Positions 50,879 to 60,465 of a stretch of 64,000 nt of DNA are shown here, in pieces; the stretch's first letter is position 1; the number at the start of each line of letters is the position of its first letter. Below the pieces are notes generated by a model. That model was given only the letters and a program-made list of their open reading frames with translations. It was not told the DNA's origin and did not search any database. The translations under genes were made by a program, and so were the position numbers. This DNA comes from Actinomycetes bacterium (GTDB lineage: Bacteria; Actinomycetota; Actinomycetes; DATJPE01), in contig DATJPE010000063.1 in NCBI GenBank assembly GCA_035506535.1, positions 163,903 through 227,902 on the forward strand, written 5' to 3'.

Positions 50879-51901
50879 ATGGCGGCACTGCCCGGGCTCG
50901 ACCTCGACGTGCTCGGTGCCTGGATGGACACGGTTCACCCCGGGCTGCGAGCGGGACCGCTGCGGGGCGCCCTGCTGCCGGGGGGAAAGTCGAACCTGAC
51001 CTACCGGGTCGACGACGGGCGCTCGACCTGGGCGGTCCGGCGCCCGCCGCTGGGCCACGTCCTGCCCACCGCGCACGACATGGCGCGCGAGTTCCGCGTG
51101 ATCAGCGCGCTCGCCGCCACCGACGTCCCGGTGCCCCCACCGGTCGGCCTGTGCGAGGACGTCGAGATCCTCGGTGCGCCCTTCTATGTCATGCGATTCG
51201 TCGAGGGCGTGGTGCTGGACACCCCGGCGGCGATCGAGTCGGTGCCCGTCGATGCCGCCACCACCCTCAGCGAGCAGCTCGTCGACACCCTCGCCGCCCT
51301 CCACGCCGTCGACCCCGAACAGGTCGGCCTGGCGGACTTCGGGCGACCGGACGGCTTCCTGGCCCGGCAGGTCGCCCGCTGGCACAAGCAGTGGCAGGCC
51401 TCGCAGACGCGCGTACAGCCGCTCGAGCCCGAGGTCGTCGACCTGCTCACCCAGCGCCTTCCGGAGTCGGCGCCCGGCACGGTCGTGCACGGCGACTACC
51501 GGCTCAGCAACGTCATCGTCACCCCCGCCCTCGACGGCATCGCGGCGATCCTCGACTGGGAGATGGCGACGCTCGGCGACCCCCTGACCGACGTCGGTCT
51601 GCTCTACGTCTACCGCCGCGTCGCCGACGGCAGCAACACGATCCTGCCCCGGATGACGGTGGACCGGGGCTTCCCCGCCGCCGACGAGCTGGCCCGACGC
51701 TACGGGCGGGCCTCGGGCCGGGACCTGTCCACGCTCCCCTGGTACGTGGGCTTCGGCTACTTCAAGCTCGCCGTCATCGCCGAGGGCATCGCGGCTCGCT
51801 TCCAGCAGGGCAAGACGGTCGGCGAGGGGTTCGACCGCATCGGGGAGGCCGTACCCGGCCTGCTCGAGCACGCGCGCGGCGCTCTCGCCGCCCTGGACTG
51901 A
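50879..51901 (+). CDS. phosphotransferase-family (APH-like) kinase, ACAD10/11-type partner of the acyl-CoA dehydrogenase
   Basis: Brenner/APH motifs are present (VVHGDYRLSNVIV, ILDWEMATLGDPLTDVG). The gene lies immediately upstream of an ACAD. Confidence 0.75.
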   Translation: MAALPGLDLDVLGAWMDTVHPGLRAGPLRGALLPGGKSNLTYRVDDGRSTWAVRRPPLGHVLPTAHDMAREFRVISALAATDVPVPPPVGLCEDVEILGAPFYVMRFVEGVVLDTPAAIESVPVDAATTLSEQLVDTLAALHAVDPEQVGLADFGRPDGFLARQVARWHKQWQASQTRVQPLEPEVVDLLTQRLPESAPGTVVHGDYRLSNVIVTPALDGIAAILDWEMATLGDPLTDVGLLYVYRRVADGSNTILPRMTVDRGFPAADELARRYGRASGRDLSTLPWYVGFGYFKLAVIAEGIAARFQQGKTVGEGFDRIGEAVPGLLEHARGALAALD

Positions 51902-51915
51902 GCCGGGAACCAGCA

Positions 51916-53142
51916 ATGGACTTCACCCACAGCGAGCGCTCACGGCAGCTCCAGGCGGCGATGCACGCCTTCCTCGCCGAGCGGGTCTACCCCGCGGAGG
52001 AGGAGTTCGAGCGCGAGGCAGCCGCGCTGCGGGCCGCCGGCACACCGTTTCGCACGCCGGCGGTGATGGCTGACCTCAAGGCCGAGGCCCGCTCACGAGG
52101 GCTCTGGAACCTGTTCCTGCCGGACGCGGAGCACGGCGCCGGACTGTCCGTGCTCGACTACGCCCCGGTCGCGGAGCTGTCGGGACGCTCGCCGAGCATC
52201 GCTCCCGAGGCCATGAACTGCGCGGCTCCGGACACCGGGAACATGGAGCTGCTGGCGCTGTTCGGGACGGCGGAGCAGAGGGCCCAGTGGCTGGAGCCGC
52301 TGCTGGCGGGTGAGATCCGTTCCTGCTTCTCGATGACCGAGCCGGATGTCGCCAGCAGCGATGCCACGAACATCGCCACCCGCATCCGCGAGGACGGCGG
52401 GGAGTGGGTGGTCACCGGTCGCAAGTGGTGGTCCACCGGTGCCATGCGTCCGGAGTGCCGCATCGCGATCGTCATGGGGGTCACCGACCCCGACGCCGGA
52501 CGGGGCTCCCGCCACTCGATGATCCTCGTTCCGCTGGACACGCCCGGCGTCGAGGTCAGCGGTTCCACCACCGTGTTCGGCTATGACGACGGGCCGCACG
52601 GCGGACACGCCGTCATCGACTTCCGCAACGTGCGCGTCCCCGCGACGAGCCTGCTCGGCGAGCGCGGCCAGGGCTTCGCCATGGCGCAGGCGCGGCTCGG
52701 CCCGGGTCGGGTCCATCACTGCATGCGCAGCCTGGGCATGGCCGAACGCGCGCTCGAGGCGATGTGCGAGCGTGCCCTGTCTCGCAGTGCCTTCGGCGGC
52801 CCCATCGCCGCGCAGGGCGTCGTACGGGAGTGGATCGCGGAGTCGAGGCTGGCCCTCGACCAAGCCCGGCTGCTGGTGTTGAAGACCGCGTTCCTCATCG
52901 ACACCGTCGGCGTGCGGGCGGCTGCGACCGAGATCGCCGCGATCAAGGTCGCGGCACCGCGCGCGGCGTCGTACGTGCTCGACCGCGCCATCCAGGTGCA
53001 CGGCGGAGCGGGCGTCTCCGGGGACCTTGCCCAGGCATGGGCGGCGCTGCGCACGCTGCACCTCGCCGACGGCCCCGACGAGGTGCACCTACGGTCGGTG
53101 GCCAGGGAGGAGCTGCGGCGGCACACCGCGAGCGCCGGATGA
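51916..53142 (+). CDS. acyl-CoA dehydrogenase
   Basis: ACAD fold with a catalytic region near the C-terminus (QVHGGAGVSGD); 408 aa. Confidence 0.85.
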   Translation: MDFTHSERSRQLQAAMHAFLAERVYPAEEEFEREAAALRAAGTPFRTPAVMADLKAEARSRGLWNLFLPDAEHGAGLSVLDYAPVAELSGRSPSIAPEAMNCAAPDTGNMELLALFGTAEQRAQWLEPLLAGEIRSCFSMTEPDVASSDATNIATRIREDGGEWVVTGRKWWSTGAMRPECRIAIVMGVTDPDAGRGSRHSMILVPLDTPGVEVSGSTTVFGYDDGPHGGHAVIDFRNVRVPATSLLGERGQGFAMAQARLGPGRVHHCMRSLGMAERALEAMCERALSRSAFGGPIAAQGVVREWIAESRLALDQARLLVLKTAFLIDTVGVRAAATEIAAIKVAAPRAASYVLDRAIQVHGGAGVSGDLAQAWAALRTLHLADGPDEVHLRSVAREELRRHTASAG

Positions 53143-53726
53143 CCGTCTCGGAAACGGGCGTTCGCGACCGCGTGCTCGAGGCAGGAGTGCAGCTGTTCGC
53201 GGCCCAGGGCTATGACGCCACCAGCGTGGCGCAGATCGTCGCGATGGCGGGCGTGGCCAAGGGCGGCTTCTATCACCACTTCACGAGCAAGGAGCAGCTG
53301 CTCTACGCGGTCTACGGAGACCTGATCGAGCGTCAGCTGCTGGGGATGGACCGCATCCTCGCGGCGGGCAGGGGTCCGGCGGAGACGTTGCGGGCCCTGA
53401 TCCTCGACCTCGTCGAGACGACTGCCGAGCGCGCGCCGCAGGCACTCGTGTTCATGCGCGAGCGTCATCGTCTCGGTGACGAACGCACCGAGCAGTTCCG
53501 CGTCGCCAGACGGCGCTACCACGACGCCGTCGTCCGCCTGGTCCACGACGCCCAGGCCGACGGCAGGTTCTCCGCGGTCGCGTCGCCGGAGACCGTGACC
53601 CTCACCATCTTCGGTGTGATCAACGAGCTGCCAGTGTGGTACCGGCCGCGCGGCCGCAAGCAGCCACGACAGCTGGGCTCCGAGATCGCCGACTTCGTCC
53701 TGGCCGCATTGGAGCGCACGTCATGA
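53139..53726 (+). CDS. TetR family transcriptional regulator
   Basis: Its ATG overlaps the ACAD stop (ATGA). The HTH is GYDATSVAQIVAMAGVAKGGFYHHFTSKEQLL. Confidence 0.8.
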   Translation: MTVSETGVRDRVLEAGVQLFAAQGYDATSVAQIVAMAGVAKGGFYHHFTSKEQLLYAVYGDLIERQLLGMDRILAAGRGPAETLRALILDLVETTAERAPQALVFMRERHRLGDERTEQFRVARRRYHDAVVRLVHDAQADGRFSAVASPETVTLTIFGVINELPVWYRPRGRKQPRQLGSEIADFVLAALERTS

Positions 53727-54484
53727 GCATCCTCGACCTCTTCCGCCTCGACGACCGCGTCTCCATCGTCACTGGAGCATCCGCGGGTCTGGGGGTCTCC
53801 TTCGCCCGCGCCCTGGCCGAGGCCGGATCGGACGTCGTCGTGGCGGCACGGCGTACCGACCGCCTGGTCGCGACCCGCGACCTCGTCGAGGCGACCGGAC
53901 GCCGCTGCCTGGTCCTGCCTCTGGACGTCTCGCAGCCCGTGCAGTGCACGGCGGTCGTGGACGCCGCGGTGGCCGAGTTCGGCCGCGTCGACGTCCTCGT
54001 CAACAACGCCGGCATCGGCACCGCCGTCCCCGCGAGCCGCGAGACGCCGGAGGAGTTCCGCACCGTCATCGAGACCAACCTCAACGGCAGCTACTGGATG
54101 GCCCAGGCATGCGGTCGCGTGATGCGCCCGGGCAGCAGCATCATCAACATCAGCAGCGTGCTGGGGCTGAGGACGGGTGGACTGCCGCAGGCCGCCTACT
54201 CGGCGAGCAAGGCTGGCCTCATCGGTCTGACCCGTGACCTGGCGGCGCAGTGGACGGGACGCAAGGGGATCCGGGTGAACGCGCTCGCACCGGGCTTCTT
54301 CGCCTCCGAGATGACCGAGCTGTACCCGCCCGGATACCTCGACGCGATGCTGCCCCACATCCCCGTCGGCCGGCTCGGTCTCCACGAGGAGCTGGCGGCG
54401 GCCGTCGTGTTCCTCGCCAGCGACGCCGGCGGCTACGTGACCGGCCAGACCTTGGCCGTCGACGGCGGGATCACCATCGCCTGA
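53723..54484 (+). CDS. short-chain dehydrogenase/reductase (SDR)
   Basis: TGASAGLG cofactor motif, NNAG, and the catalytic YSASK. Confidence 0.85.
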   Translation: MSILDLFRLDDRVSIVTGASAGLGVSFARALAEAGSDVVVAARRTDRLVATRDLVEATGRRCLVLPLDVSQPVQCTAVVDAAVAEFGRVDVLVNNAGIGTAVPASRETPEEFRTVIETNLNGSYWMAQACGRVMRPGSSIINISSVLGLRTGGLPQAAYSASKAGLIGLTRDLAAQWTGRKGIRVNALAPGFFASEMTELYPPGYLDAMLPHIPVGRLGLHEELAAAVVFLASDAGGYVTGQTLAVDGGITIA

Positions 54485-54584
54485 CCGACCGCCTGCCGCC
54501 CCCACGACGGAGGCCGAGGTGAGACGACGAACGGAGCGAATCCCGCTGTCGTGAGCAGGCTCGGTCAGTCCCCCTCGACGAGCG

Positions 54585-54995
54585 TCAGCAGGTGCTGGAG
54601 ACCGCCGAGGCGAGCGCCTTGGCCGAGGTCGCGGTGGCGCCCACCGCGGTGGCGACGGCGGCCAGGCTCGTCACGCTGGGCGCGGCCTGGGCGGCCGAGA
54701 CGCTGGTCTGCAGCGAGGTCAGCGATGACGACAGCGCCGAGATCTCGCTGGCGTACTGCTGCTTGGCGTCGGCCTCGAGGGTCTGCAAGTCCCGCTGAAT
54801 CGTGGTCAGGTCGCTCTTGACGGTCGCGAGCGCGCCCTGGCCGATCGAGACGTTCTTCAGCGCCTGGACCGACGTCTGCAGGTTGTCCAGGTCGTTGCAG
54901 ACCGCGGGCTTGCCGCTGCCGCTGCCGCACCCCGTGACCATCGTGGCGAGCACCAGGTAGCCGGCCAACGTCGCACGCAGCGCGAGAGGTCTCAT
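54585..54995 (-). CDS. small lipoprotein of unknown function
   Basis: Signal peptide with lipobox (LVLATMVTGC), then an Ala/Ser/Thr/Leu/Gln-rich mature part of low complexity. Confidence 0.5.
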   Translation of the reverse strand: MRPLALRATLAGYLVLATMVTGCGSGSGKPAVCNDLDNLQTSVQALKNVSIGQGALATVKSDLTTIQRDLQTLEADAKQQYASEISALSSSLTSLQTSVSAAQAAPSVTSLAAVATAVGATATSAKALASAVSSTC

Positions 54996-55057
54996 GGTCA
55001 GATCCTCGCAGCCGGCCGCCCGCCCGACGGACCCAGGTCAGCCTCACCCGGGCGCCG

Positions 55058-55342
55058 TCACGCGTTCGAGTGGTCGAGCTCGAAGGTCTCGTACGGGATG
55101 GGCGGACCGCCGACCATGGCCTGCTCCATCACACCCGCGTCGGCGAAGGCCTTCATGATCACTGGGGTGAACTCCTCGATCGCGGTGCGGCTCTCCCAAA
55201 CGTCGACAATCTGAATACGCCCGTCGGGCAGCTGCGCGGCAGCGTGGATCAGCCGTCCGGCCGGGCGCTCGCCTCCCAGGGCCACCAGGACGGAGTCGTA
55301 CGCCGCTCGGCTCGGGGCTTCGGAGACCTGCACGAATGCCAT
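55058..55342 (-). CDS. small ABM/Dabb-like alpha+beta barrel protein (tentative)
   Basis: 94 aa. The ATG at 55342 follows GGAGAG. The ...IVDVWESRTAIEEF... motif resembles the ABM family. Confidence 0.45.
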   Translation of the reverse strand: MAFVQVSEAPSRAAYDSVLVALGGERPAGRLIHAAAQLPDGRIQIVDVWESRTAIEEFTPVIMKAFADAGVMEQAMVGGPPIPYETFELDHSNA

Positions 55343-55376
55343 CGTCTCTCCTCATCTTAGTTTGTCGCTAGAGTCC

Positions 55377-55412
55377 GTCACTAGTGGGTGACACGAGTAA
55401 TGTGACCGTCAC
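55377..55412 (+). promoter_or_regulatory. two palindromic operator-like sites, GTCACTAGTGGGTGAC (55377-55392) and GTGACCGTCAC (55402-55412), in the divergent region between the ABM-like gene and the TetR gene
   Basis: Read directly from the sequence. They share a GTGAC/GTCAC half-site and sit in a 71-bp intergenic gap overlapping the TetR 5' end. Confidence 0.45.
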
Positions 55413-55413
55413 T

Positions 55414-56070
55414 ATGACTCCTGTCAAGAGCTCGCGAGCTGGCGCGTCGCGCAAGGAGCAGGCACGCACGACGGCCCTGCGGATCGTCCGAGCCGCCCAT
55501 ACGCTCTTCATCGAGCGGGGATACACCGGCACGCGGATGGCCGATGTCGCCGACGCGGCAGGGGTAGCCGTCCAGACCGTGTACTTCCGGTTTCACACCA
55601 AGGCGGAGCTGCTCCATGCCTGCTACGAGCTGGCCGTGCTCGGCGAGGACGACCCGCGTCCCCCGATGGAACAGGCCTGGTTCGCGATGTTCGTGTCGGC
55701 ACGATCCGGCCCGGCCGCCATCCGCGCCTTCGCGGAGGGCAACACCGGGATCGCCACGAGGGTCGGCCAGCTCGACGACATCGTGCGCAGCGCCGTGCAC
55801 GAGCCGGAGGCCGTCGAGGTACGCCGGCGCAGCGAACAACTGCGGCGCGACGGTTACCGGCAGATGCTCCAGTCGCTCCACGATCGCTTCGGGCTGCGCG
55901 ACGGGCTGGACGTGCAGCGGGGGACCGACCTCCTCCTCGCCTTCGGAGGGACCGCGCTATGGCGCCCTCTCGTCGTCGAGTACGGCTGGACGACCGAGGA
56001 CTTCGTCGGATTGCTCACGGACGTCCTGTGCGACCAGCTCCTGCCACCCCGGCGCCGCCGGGCCCGCTGA
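55414..56070 (+). CDS. TetR family transcriptional regulator
   Basis: ATG at 55414; the longer GTG ORF from 55384 would cover the operator sites. The HTH is GYTGTRMADVADAAGVAVQTVYFRFHTKAELL. Confidence 0.75.
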   Translation: MTPVKSSRAGASRKEQARTTALRIVRAAHTLFIERGYTGTRMADVADAAGVAVQTVYFRFHTKAELLHACYELAVLGEDDPRPPMEQAWFAMFVSARSGPAAIRAFAEGNTGIATRVGQLDDIVRSAVHEPEAVEVRRRSEQLRRDGYRQMLQSLHDRFGLRDGLDVQRGTDLLLAFGGTALWRPLVVEYGWTTEDFVGLLTDVLCDQLLPPRRRRAR

Positions 56071-57076
56071 TCCGCGAGCCTGCCGCGCGCAGCCCGGCGG
56101 CCCACCCCGGGGCTCTGCCCAGGCCCGGCGGGTCGACCCCGCTCAGCTCGTGGCCGCTTCTGGCGAGGAGCCAGGACACGAGGCTGTTGGAGTTCCACAT
56201 CTCCCCGTAGCCACGTTCGTCGCGCCCCCACGTCAGGGTCGGGAACGAGGCGGCGAGGTCGAGCAGCGCGCGTACGCGCGATGAGTCCGTGGACAGCCGC
56301 ATCGGGGGACCGACACGCGCGTCGAGATCGGGGATGACCCCGTCGCGCCAGAGCCGAACCTCGTAGCGAAACCAGCGCGATCGCCCCCAGGACCTGAGCC
56401 CCACGGGCCCCGAGCAGACGACACCGCGGTCGCCACGGGGCCCTGACCAAGCGGGTGCCATCTCGACGGTGTACGGAACACCGTCCGCTGTCACCTCGAG
56501 CGCCGAATGGAAGAGCTGGCCGGGCCGGCGATGGTCGCGCCACGACTGGAGGAGCTCGAAGAGACGGCCACTCGCGCGGACCAGGCCGATCCGGTCGCCG
56601 GCCCCGAGCGGGATCCAGGACAGCGCGACCGACCAGCCGCGCGTGCAGAGCACGGCGACCACCTCGTCGGCTGCGCGCCCGACGGCGGCGGCCACGGCCT
56701 CGGACAGCTCGGACCCGACCGCGACGCTCGCCGCCTCGACGCCGACCACGGTGAGCCGAGCGGGCAGGCGGCCCAGGCCCCGGGCCAGCTCGATCGACTC
56801 GCGGACGCCGAACCCGTGGGTGCCTCCGGCACGGGGCGGGGACCGCTCGGCGGCCTGGTCCACGACGACAGATCCCGGCGGTCGGCCGGAGCGGATCGCG
56901 TCGACGACGACGACGTCGTCCCAGCCCTGCCAGGCGTCCACGAGCCGAGTGGGGACGGGGACGGCCATGAGCTCCAGGTCAGGCGTCGCGCGGCGGCGCA
57001 GCTCCTCGACCACCGCCAAGCCGACGCCGTCGTCCCCCCGGTACGGATTGCCGACTCCCACCACGAGCGCCCTCAC
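56015..57076 (-). CDS. hydrogenase maturation endopeptidase (HyaD/HybD family) carrying an additional ~190-aa C-terminal domain of unknown function
   Basis: The GTG at 57076 overlaps the large-subunit stop (GTGA). The translation is (M)[26 protein letters not shown]...DAIRSG, and the protease domain ends near residue 150. The frame continues uninterrupted to 56015. Confidence 0.65.
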   Translation of the reverse strand: MRALVVGVGNPYRGDDGVGLAVVEELRRRATPDLELMAVPVPTRLVDAWQGWDDVVVVDAIRSGRPPGSVVVDQAAERSPPRAGGTHGFGVRESIELARGLGRLPARLTVVGVEAASVAVGSELSEAVAAAVGRAADEVVAVLCTRGWSVALSWIPLGAGDRIGLVRASGRLFELLQSWRDHRRPGQLFHSALEVTADGVPYTVEMAPAWSGPRGDRGVVCSGPVGLRSWGRSRWFRYEVRLWRDGVIPDLDARVGPPMRLSTDSSRVRALLDLAASFPTLTWGRDERGYGEMWNSNSLVSWLLARSGHELSGVDPPGLGRAPGWAAGLRAAGSRISGPGGAGVAGAGRTGRP

Positions 57077-58383
57077 GAGCGGTCCACCGTCACGTCGAGG
57101 AAGTGCGTCGCGCAGGAGATGCACGGGTCGTAGTTGCGGATCGCCTGCTCGCAGCGGCGGGTGAGCTCCTCGTCGTCGAGAGCGAGATTGGCCTGGGTGA
57201 AGCTCAGGAGGTCCGCCTCGATGCTCGCCTGGTTCTGCGACGTTGGCGGGACGATGCGGGCGTCGAGGATCGAGCCGTCGGCGTCGATCTCGTACCGGTG
57301 GAAGAGCACCCCGCGAGGCGCCTCTGTCGCGCCGTAGCCGACGCCGGCCCGCGGCGCCACCTCCACCGACGGTGCCGAGGCACCGGTCCAGCCGTCGATG
57401 ATGGCCAGCGCCTCCTCGCAGGCGTAGACGGTCTCCACTGCGCGCACGACGATGGAGCGGAACGGGTTGCGGCAGGGGGCGCCGAGCCCCGCCTCACTGG
57501 CTGCCTCCGCCGCACGTGGTGAGAGCCGGTCGGCGTTGAGCGCGTACCGCGCGAGGGGGCCCACGGCGTAACGTGCGCCGGACCCGGCGAGGTGCGAGTG
57601 CAGCGCGGTCGATCGTGCGACGTGCTCCTCGACGACGTGTCGGTCCAGCTCGGCGGCGTCGAAGGCCAACCCGCCCGTGGTCGTCACGCGACCACGCTCC
57701 AGCGGATAACCTTCGCCGGGCGCGCGCAGCGCGAGGTACTCGTGCGGCTGCTCGAAGACGGGGAACGCGAAAGTTCCCACGAGGCGGACTGTCTCCAGCG
57801 CGTCATCGAGCGCCTGTGCGAGCGCCGGACGGAGGTCGTCGAGCTCCTCACGGTGGGGCAGGCGATAGAAGCCGCCGACACGGACGTTCACCGGATGGAC
57901 GGAGCGACCGCCCACCAGGGTCATGAGCGCGTTGCCCGCCTTCTTCAGCCGCAACCCTCGCTCGACGACCTCGCGGTGGTCGCGCGCGAGGTCGATCGCG
58001 CTGTCGTAGCCGAGGAAGTCGGGGGCGTGCAGGAGATAGACGTGCAGCGAATGGCTCTCGATCCACTCGCCGCAGTAGAGCAACCGCCGCATGCGCCGGA
58101 TCTCGTCGGGAACCTCGACACCGCACGCCGCCTCGATGGCCTGGCAGGCACTCATCTGGTAGGCCACCGGGCAGATTCCGCAGATGCGCGCGGTGATGTC
58201 CGGCGCCTCCACGAACGAGCGTCCACGCAGCAGCGCCTCGAAGAACCTGGGCGGCTCGTAGATCCTCAGTTCGACCTCGGTGACCCGCCCGTCGACCACC
58301 CGGACGTGCATCGCCCCCTCGCCCTCGACGCGTGCCAGCGCGTCGACGCGCAGCAGGTGGTCACCGTCATGCGCGTGAGTCAT
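57073..58383 (-). CDS. [NiFe]-hydrogenase large (alpha) subunit, cytoplasmic group-3-like
   Basis: ATG at 58383 follows GGAGGAGG. The N-terminal motif is [10 protein letters not shown]. The C-terminal [18 protein letters not shown] has the DPCxxCxxH Ni-Fe site plus a short extension that the protease would remove. Confidence 0.9.
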   Translation of the reverse strand: MTHAHDGDHLLRVDALARVEGEGAMHVRVVDGRVTEVELRIYEPPRFFEALLRGRSFVEAPDITARICGICPVAYQMSACQAIEAACGVEVPDEIRRMRRLLYCGEWIESHSLHVYLLHAPDFLGYDSAIDLARDHREVVERGLRLKKAGNALMTLVGGRSVHPVNVRVGGFYRLPHREELDDLRPALAQALDDALETVRLVGTFAFPVFEQPHEYLALRAPGEGYPLERGRVTTTGGLAFDAAELDRHVVEEHVARSTALHSHLAGSGARYAVGPLARYALNADRLSPRAAEAASEAGLGAPCRNPFRSIVVRAVETVYACEEALAIIDGWTGASAPSVEVAPRAGVGYGATEAPRGVLFHRYEIDADGSILDARIVPPTSQNQASIEADLLSFTQANLALDDEELTRRCEQAIRNYDPCISCATHFLDVTVDRS

Positions 58384-59161
58384 GCGTGTCGGCCTCCTCC
58401 CGGAAGGCGGGCGCCTCGGCGGTGAACGTACGCAGGATCCGGACCACATCCGGCTCGCCCATCCCGTTCTCGAGCAGCCGCCCGACGAGCGACCCGACAT
58501 TGACGCCCGGGGCAGGCCCGAAGCACCCGTAGCAGCCTCGAGCGCAGGACGGGCACAACGCGCCGCAGCCGGACTGGGTCACCGGTCCGAGGCACGCCTG
58601 TCCGTGCGCGACGACGACGCAGACGTTGCCGCGACGCTTGCAGTCCGCGCAGACCGTCTCGGCCGGGATGCGCGGCGTACGTCCGTCCAGGTACGCCACG
58701 ACCACCTCGAGAAGCTGTCGCCGGTCGACCGGGCACCCGTGCAGCTCGAAGTCCACCGGCACGTGGGCGGAGATCGGCGTGGACCGGGCCAAGGTGTCGA
58801 TGTACTCGGGGCGGGCGTAGACGAGCGAGGTGAACTCGCCGACGTCGGCGAAGTTGCGTAGCGCCTGGATGCCCCCGCTGGTGGCGCAGGCGCCGATCGA
58901 GACGAGTCGGCGCGAGGCCCGTCGGATCTCCTGGACGCGTTCCAGGTCTGCGGGGGTCGTGATGGACCCTTCGACCAGCGACAGGTCGTAGGGTCCGTCG
59001 ACGTGGGCGCTGGAGGCCTCGGTGAAGTGTGCGATCTCGACGGCGTCGGCGAGCAGGAGCAGCTCGTCCTCGCAGTTCAGCAGGGTCAGCTGGCAGCCGT
59101 CGCAGGACGCGAACTTCCACACGGCCAGCCGTGGGCGAGCCGTCGCACCTCGAATCGTCAT
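58367..59161 (-). CDS. [NiFe]-hydrogenase small (delta) subunit, cytoplasmic type (no Tat signal)
   Basis: 264 aa. The proximal-cluster Cys motifs are FASCDGCQ and GACATSGG. There is no twin-arginine signal or C-terminal anchor. The ATG at 59161 overlaps the gamma stop (ATGA). Confidence 0.85.
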   Translation of the reverse strand: MTIRGATARPRLAVWKFASCDGCQLTLLNCEDELLLLADAVEIAHFTEASSAHVDGPYDLSLVEGSITTPADLERVQEIRRASRRLVSIGACATSGGIQALRNFADVGEFTSLVYARPEYIDTLARSTPISAHVPVDFELHGCPVDRRQLLEVVVAYLDGRTPRIPAETVCADCKRRGNVCVVVAHGQACLGPVTQSGCGALCPSCARGCYGCFGPAPGVNVGSLVGRLLENGMGEPDVVRILRTFTAEAPAFREEADTHDSRA

Positions 59162-59967
59162 CACAGCCCCCGCATCGTCATGAGGGTGCGCGCGCGGTCG
59201 TAGCCGAGAACCGGGCCGTCGACGCACACGAACACCTCGCGAAGCTGGCAGTGACCGCAGAGCCCCACACCGCAGCGCATGTTGCGCTCCATGGACACCC
59301 GGATCTGCGACGGCACGACGCCCCGACGTACGAGCGCGTCTGCCGTGAGACGCATCATGACCTCCGGGCCGCACACGAGCACCAGAGTCGCGGCCGGGTC
59401 GAGGTCGGGCAGCACGTCGGTCACCAGGCCGACGTTGCCACGCCACGACGGCTCTCCGGCATCGACGGTCACCACGACGTCGAGATCGTCGCGAGCGGCC
59501 CACTCCTCCAGCTGAGGTCGGTAGAGCAGGTCGGTAGGTGTTCGGCTGCCGACGACGACGACGACACGACCGTAGCGCTCGCGGTGCCGCAGCACTGCGA
59601 GGACGACCGGGCGCACGGGGGCAAGGCCGATCCCGCCGGCCACCACGAGGACGTCTCCGTCGGTACCGCTCTCCTCCTCCCAGCCCCGACCGTACGGGCC
59701 CCGCGCGAAGACCGGATCGCCCACCGCGCAGCGCGTCAACGCGGCGGTCGCGTCCCCCACCGCCCGAACCGTGTGCATGAGACGCGCTGGCTCGTCAGGG
59801 TCGCCGCTGATGGAGATGGGTACCTCGCCGAAGCCCGGGCGGCCCACCATGGCGAACTGGCCCGGCCGGAACGCCATGGGGATGCCATCCACCGGTGCCA
59901 GCCCGAGCGTGACCGTGTCATGGGTCTCGGCTTGGACGTCCAGCACGGTGAACCGCCGCGGGAGCAT
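59161..59967 (-). CDS. hydrogenase gamma subunit: FNR-like FAD/NAD(P)-binding oxidoreductase with a C-terminal [2Fe-2S] motif
   Basis: ATG at 59967. The FAD-binding barrel ([22 protein letters not shown]) and NAD-binding domain ([11 protein letters not shown]) are followed by a C-terminal Cys cluster (CGVGLCGHC). Confidence 0.8.
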   Translation of the reverse strand: MLPRRFTVLDVQAETHDTVTLGLAPVDGIPMAFRPGQFAMVGRPGFGEVPISISGDPDEPARLMHTVRAVGDATAALTRCAVGDPVFARGPYGRGWEEESGTDGDVLVVAGGIGLAPVRPVVLAVLRHRERYGRVVVVVGSRTPTDLLYRPQLEEWAARDDLDVVVTVDAGEPSWRGNVGLVTDVLPDLDPAATLVLVCGPEVMMRLTADALVRRGVVPSQIRVSMERNMRCGVGLCGHCQLREVFVCVDGPVLGYDRARTLMTMRGL

Positions 59968-59995
59968 CGGCTCCGGCGGGGCGGGGCGAGTCCGC

Positions 59996-60463
59996 TCAGC
60001 GAGCACTCGGGGCCCCGTAGAGGTCGAGCAGGCGGACACGCGCCGACATCATCCGGTCGTGCATGGCACGCGCGAGTCTCTGCAGCATCAGGTACCCGAC
60101 CCGCGGGTCCTGGTCGCACTTCTCGCGCAGGCAGCCTGCGTCGAGAGCCACCGCGCTCGTGGACGACAGCGCCCGGGCGTCCATCGAGTGCCGGTACGGC
60201 GGGAACAGCCACGACAGGCCGACCACGCTGCCCGGGCCCTGCGTCTCCACGATGAGCCGCCGCTCGCCGGGTCCCTGGATCTCGATCGCGACCGAGCCAC
60301 CGCGCAGTAGGAAGAAGGTCTCGGCCGGGTCGTCCGCGCGGAACAGGTACTCGTCGGCGTCGAAGTGCCGGTTCAGCGCGCAGCCGGCGAGATGACGCAC
60401 GGTCTCCTCGTCGAGGTCCACGAAGAACGGGTGCCCCGCGATCAGCTGCTCGACGCTTCTCAT
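59996..60463 (-). CDS. cyclic-nucleotide-binding (Crp-type effector) domain protein without a DNA-binding domain
   Basis: 155 aa. The cNMP-binding beta-roll is [46 protein letters not shown]. It sits between the hydrogenase beta and gamma genes on the same strand. Confidence 0.7.
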   Translation of the reverse strand: MRSVEQLIAGHPFFVDLDEETVRHLAGCALNRHFDADEYLFRADDPAETFFLLRGGSVAIEIQGPGERRLIVETQGPGSVVGLSWLFPPYRHSMDARALSSTSAVALDAGCLREKCDQDPRVGYLMLQRLARAMHDRMMSARVRLLDLYGAPSAR

Positions 60464-60465
60464 GC

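Noticed and set aside
58380-59120. 246-aa ORF and the 58367-59503 long ORF N-terminal extension
   Set aside because: These are wrong-frame or extended versions of the hydrogenase small-subunit gene. The conserved small-subunit sequence starts at the ATG at 59161.
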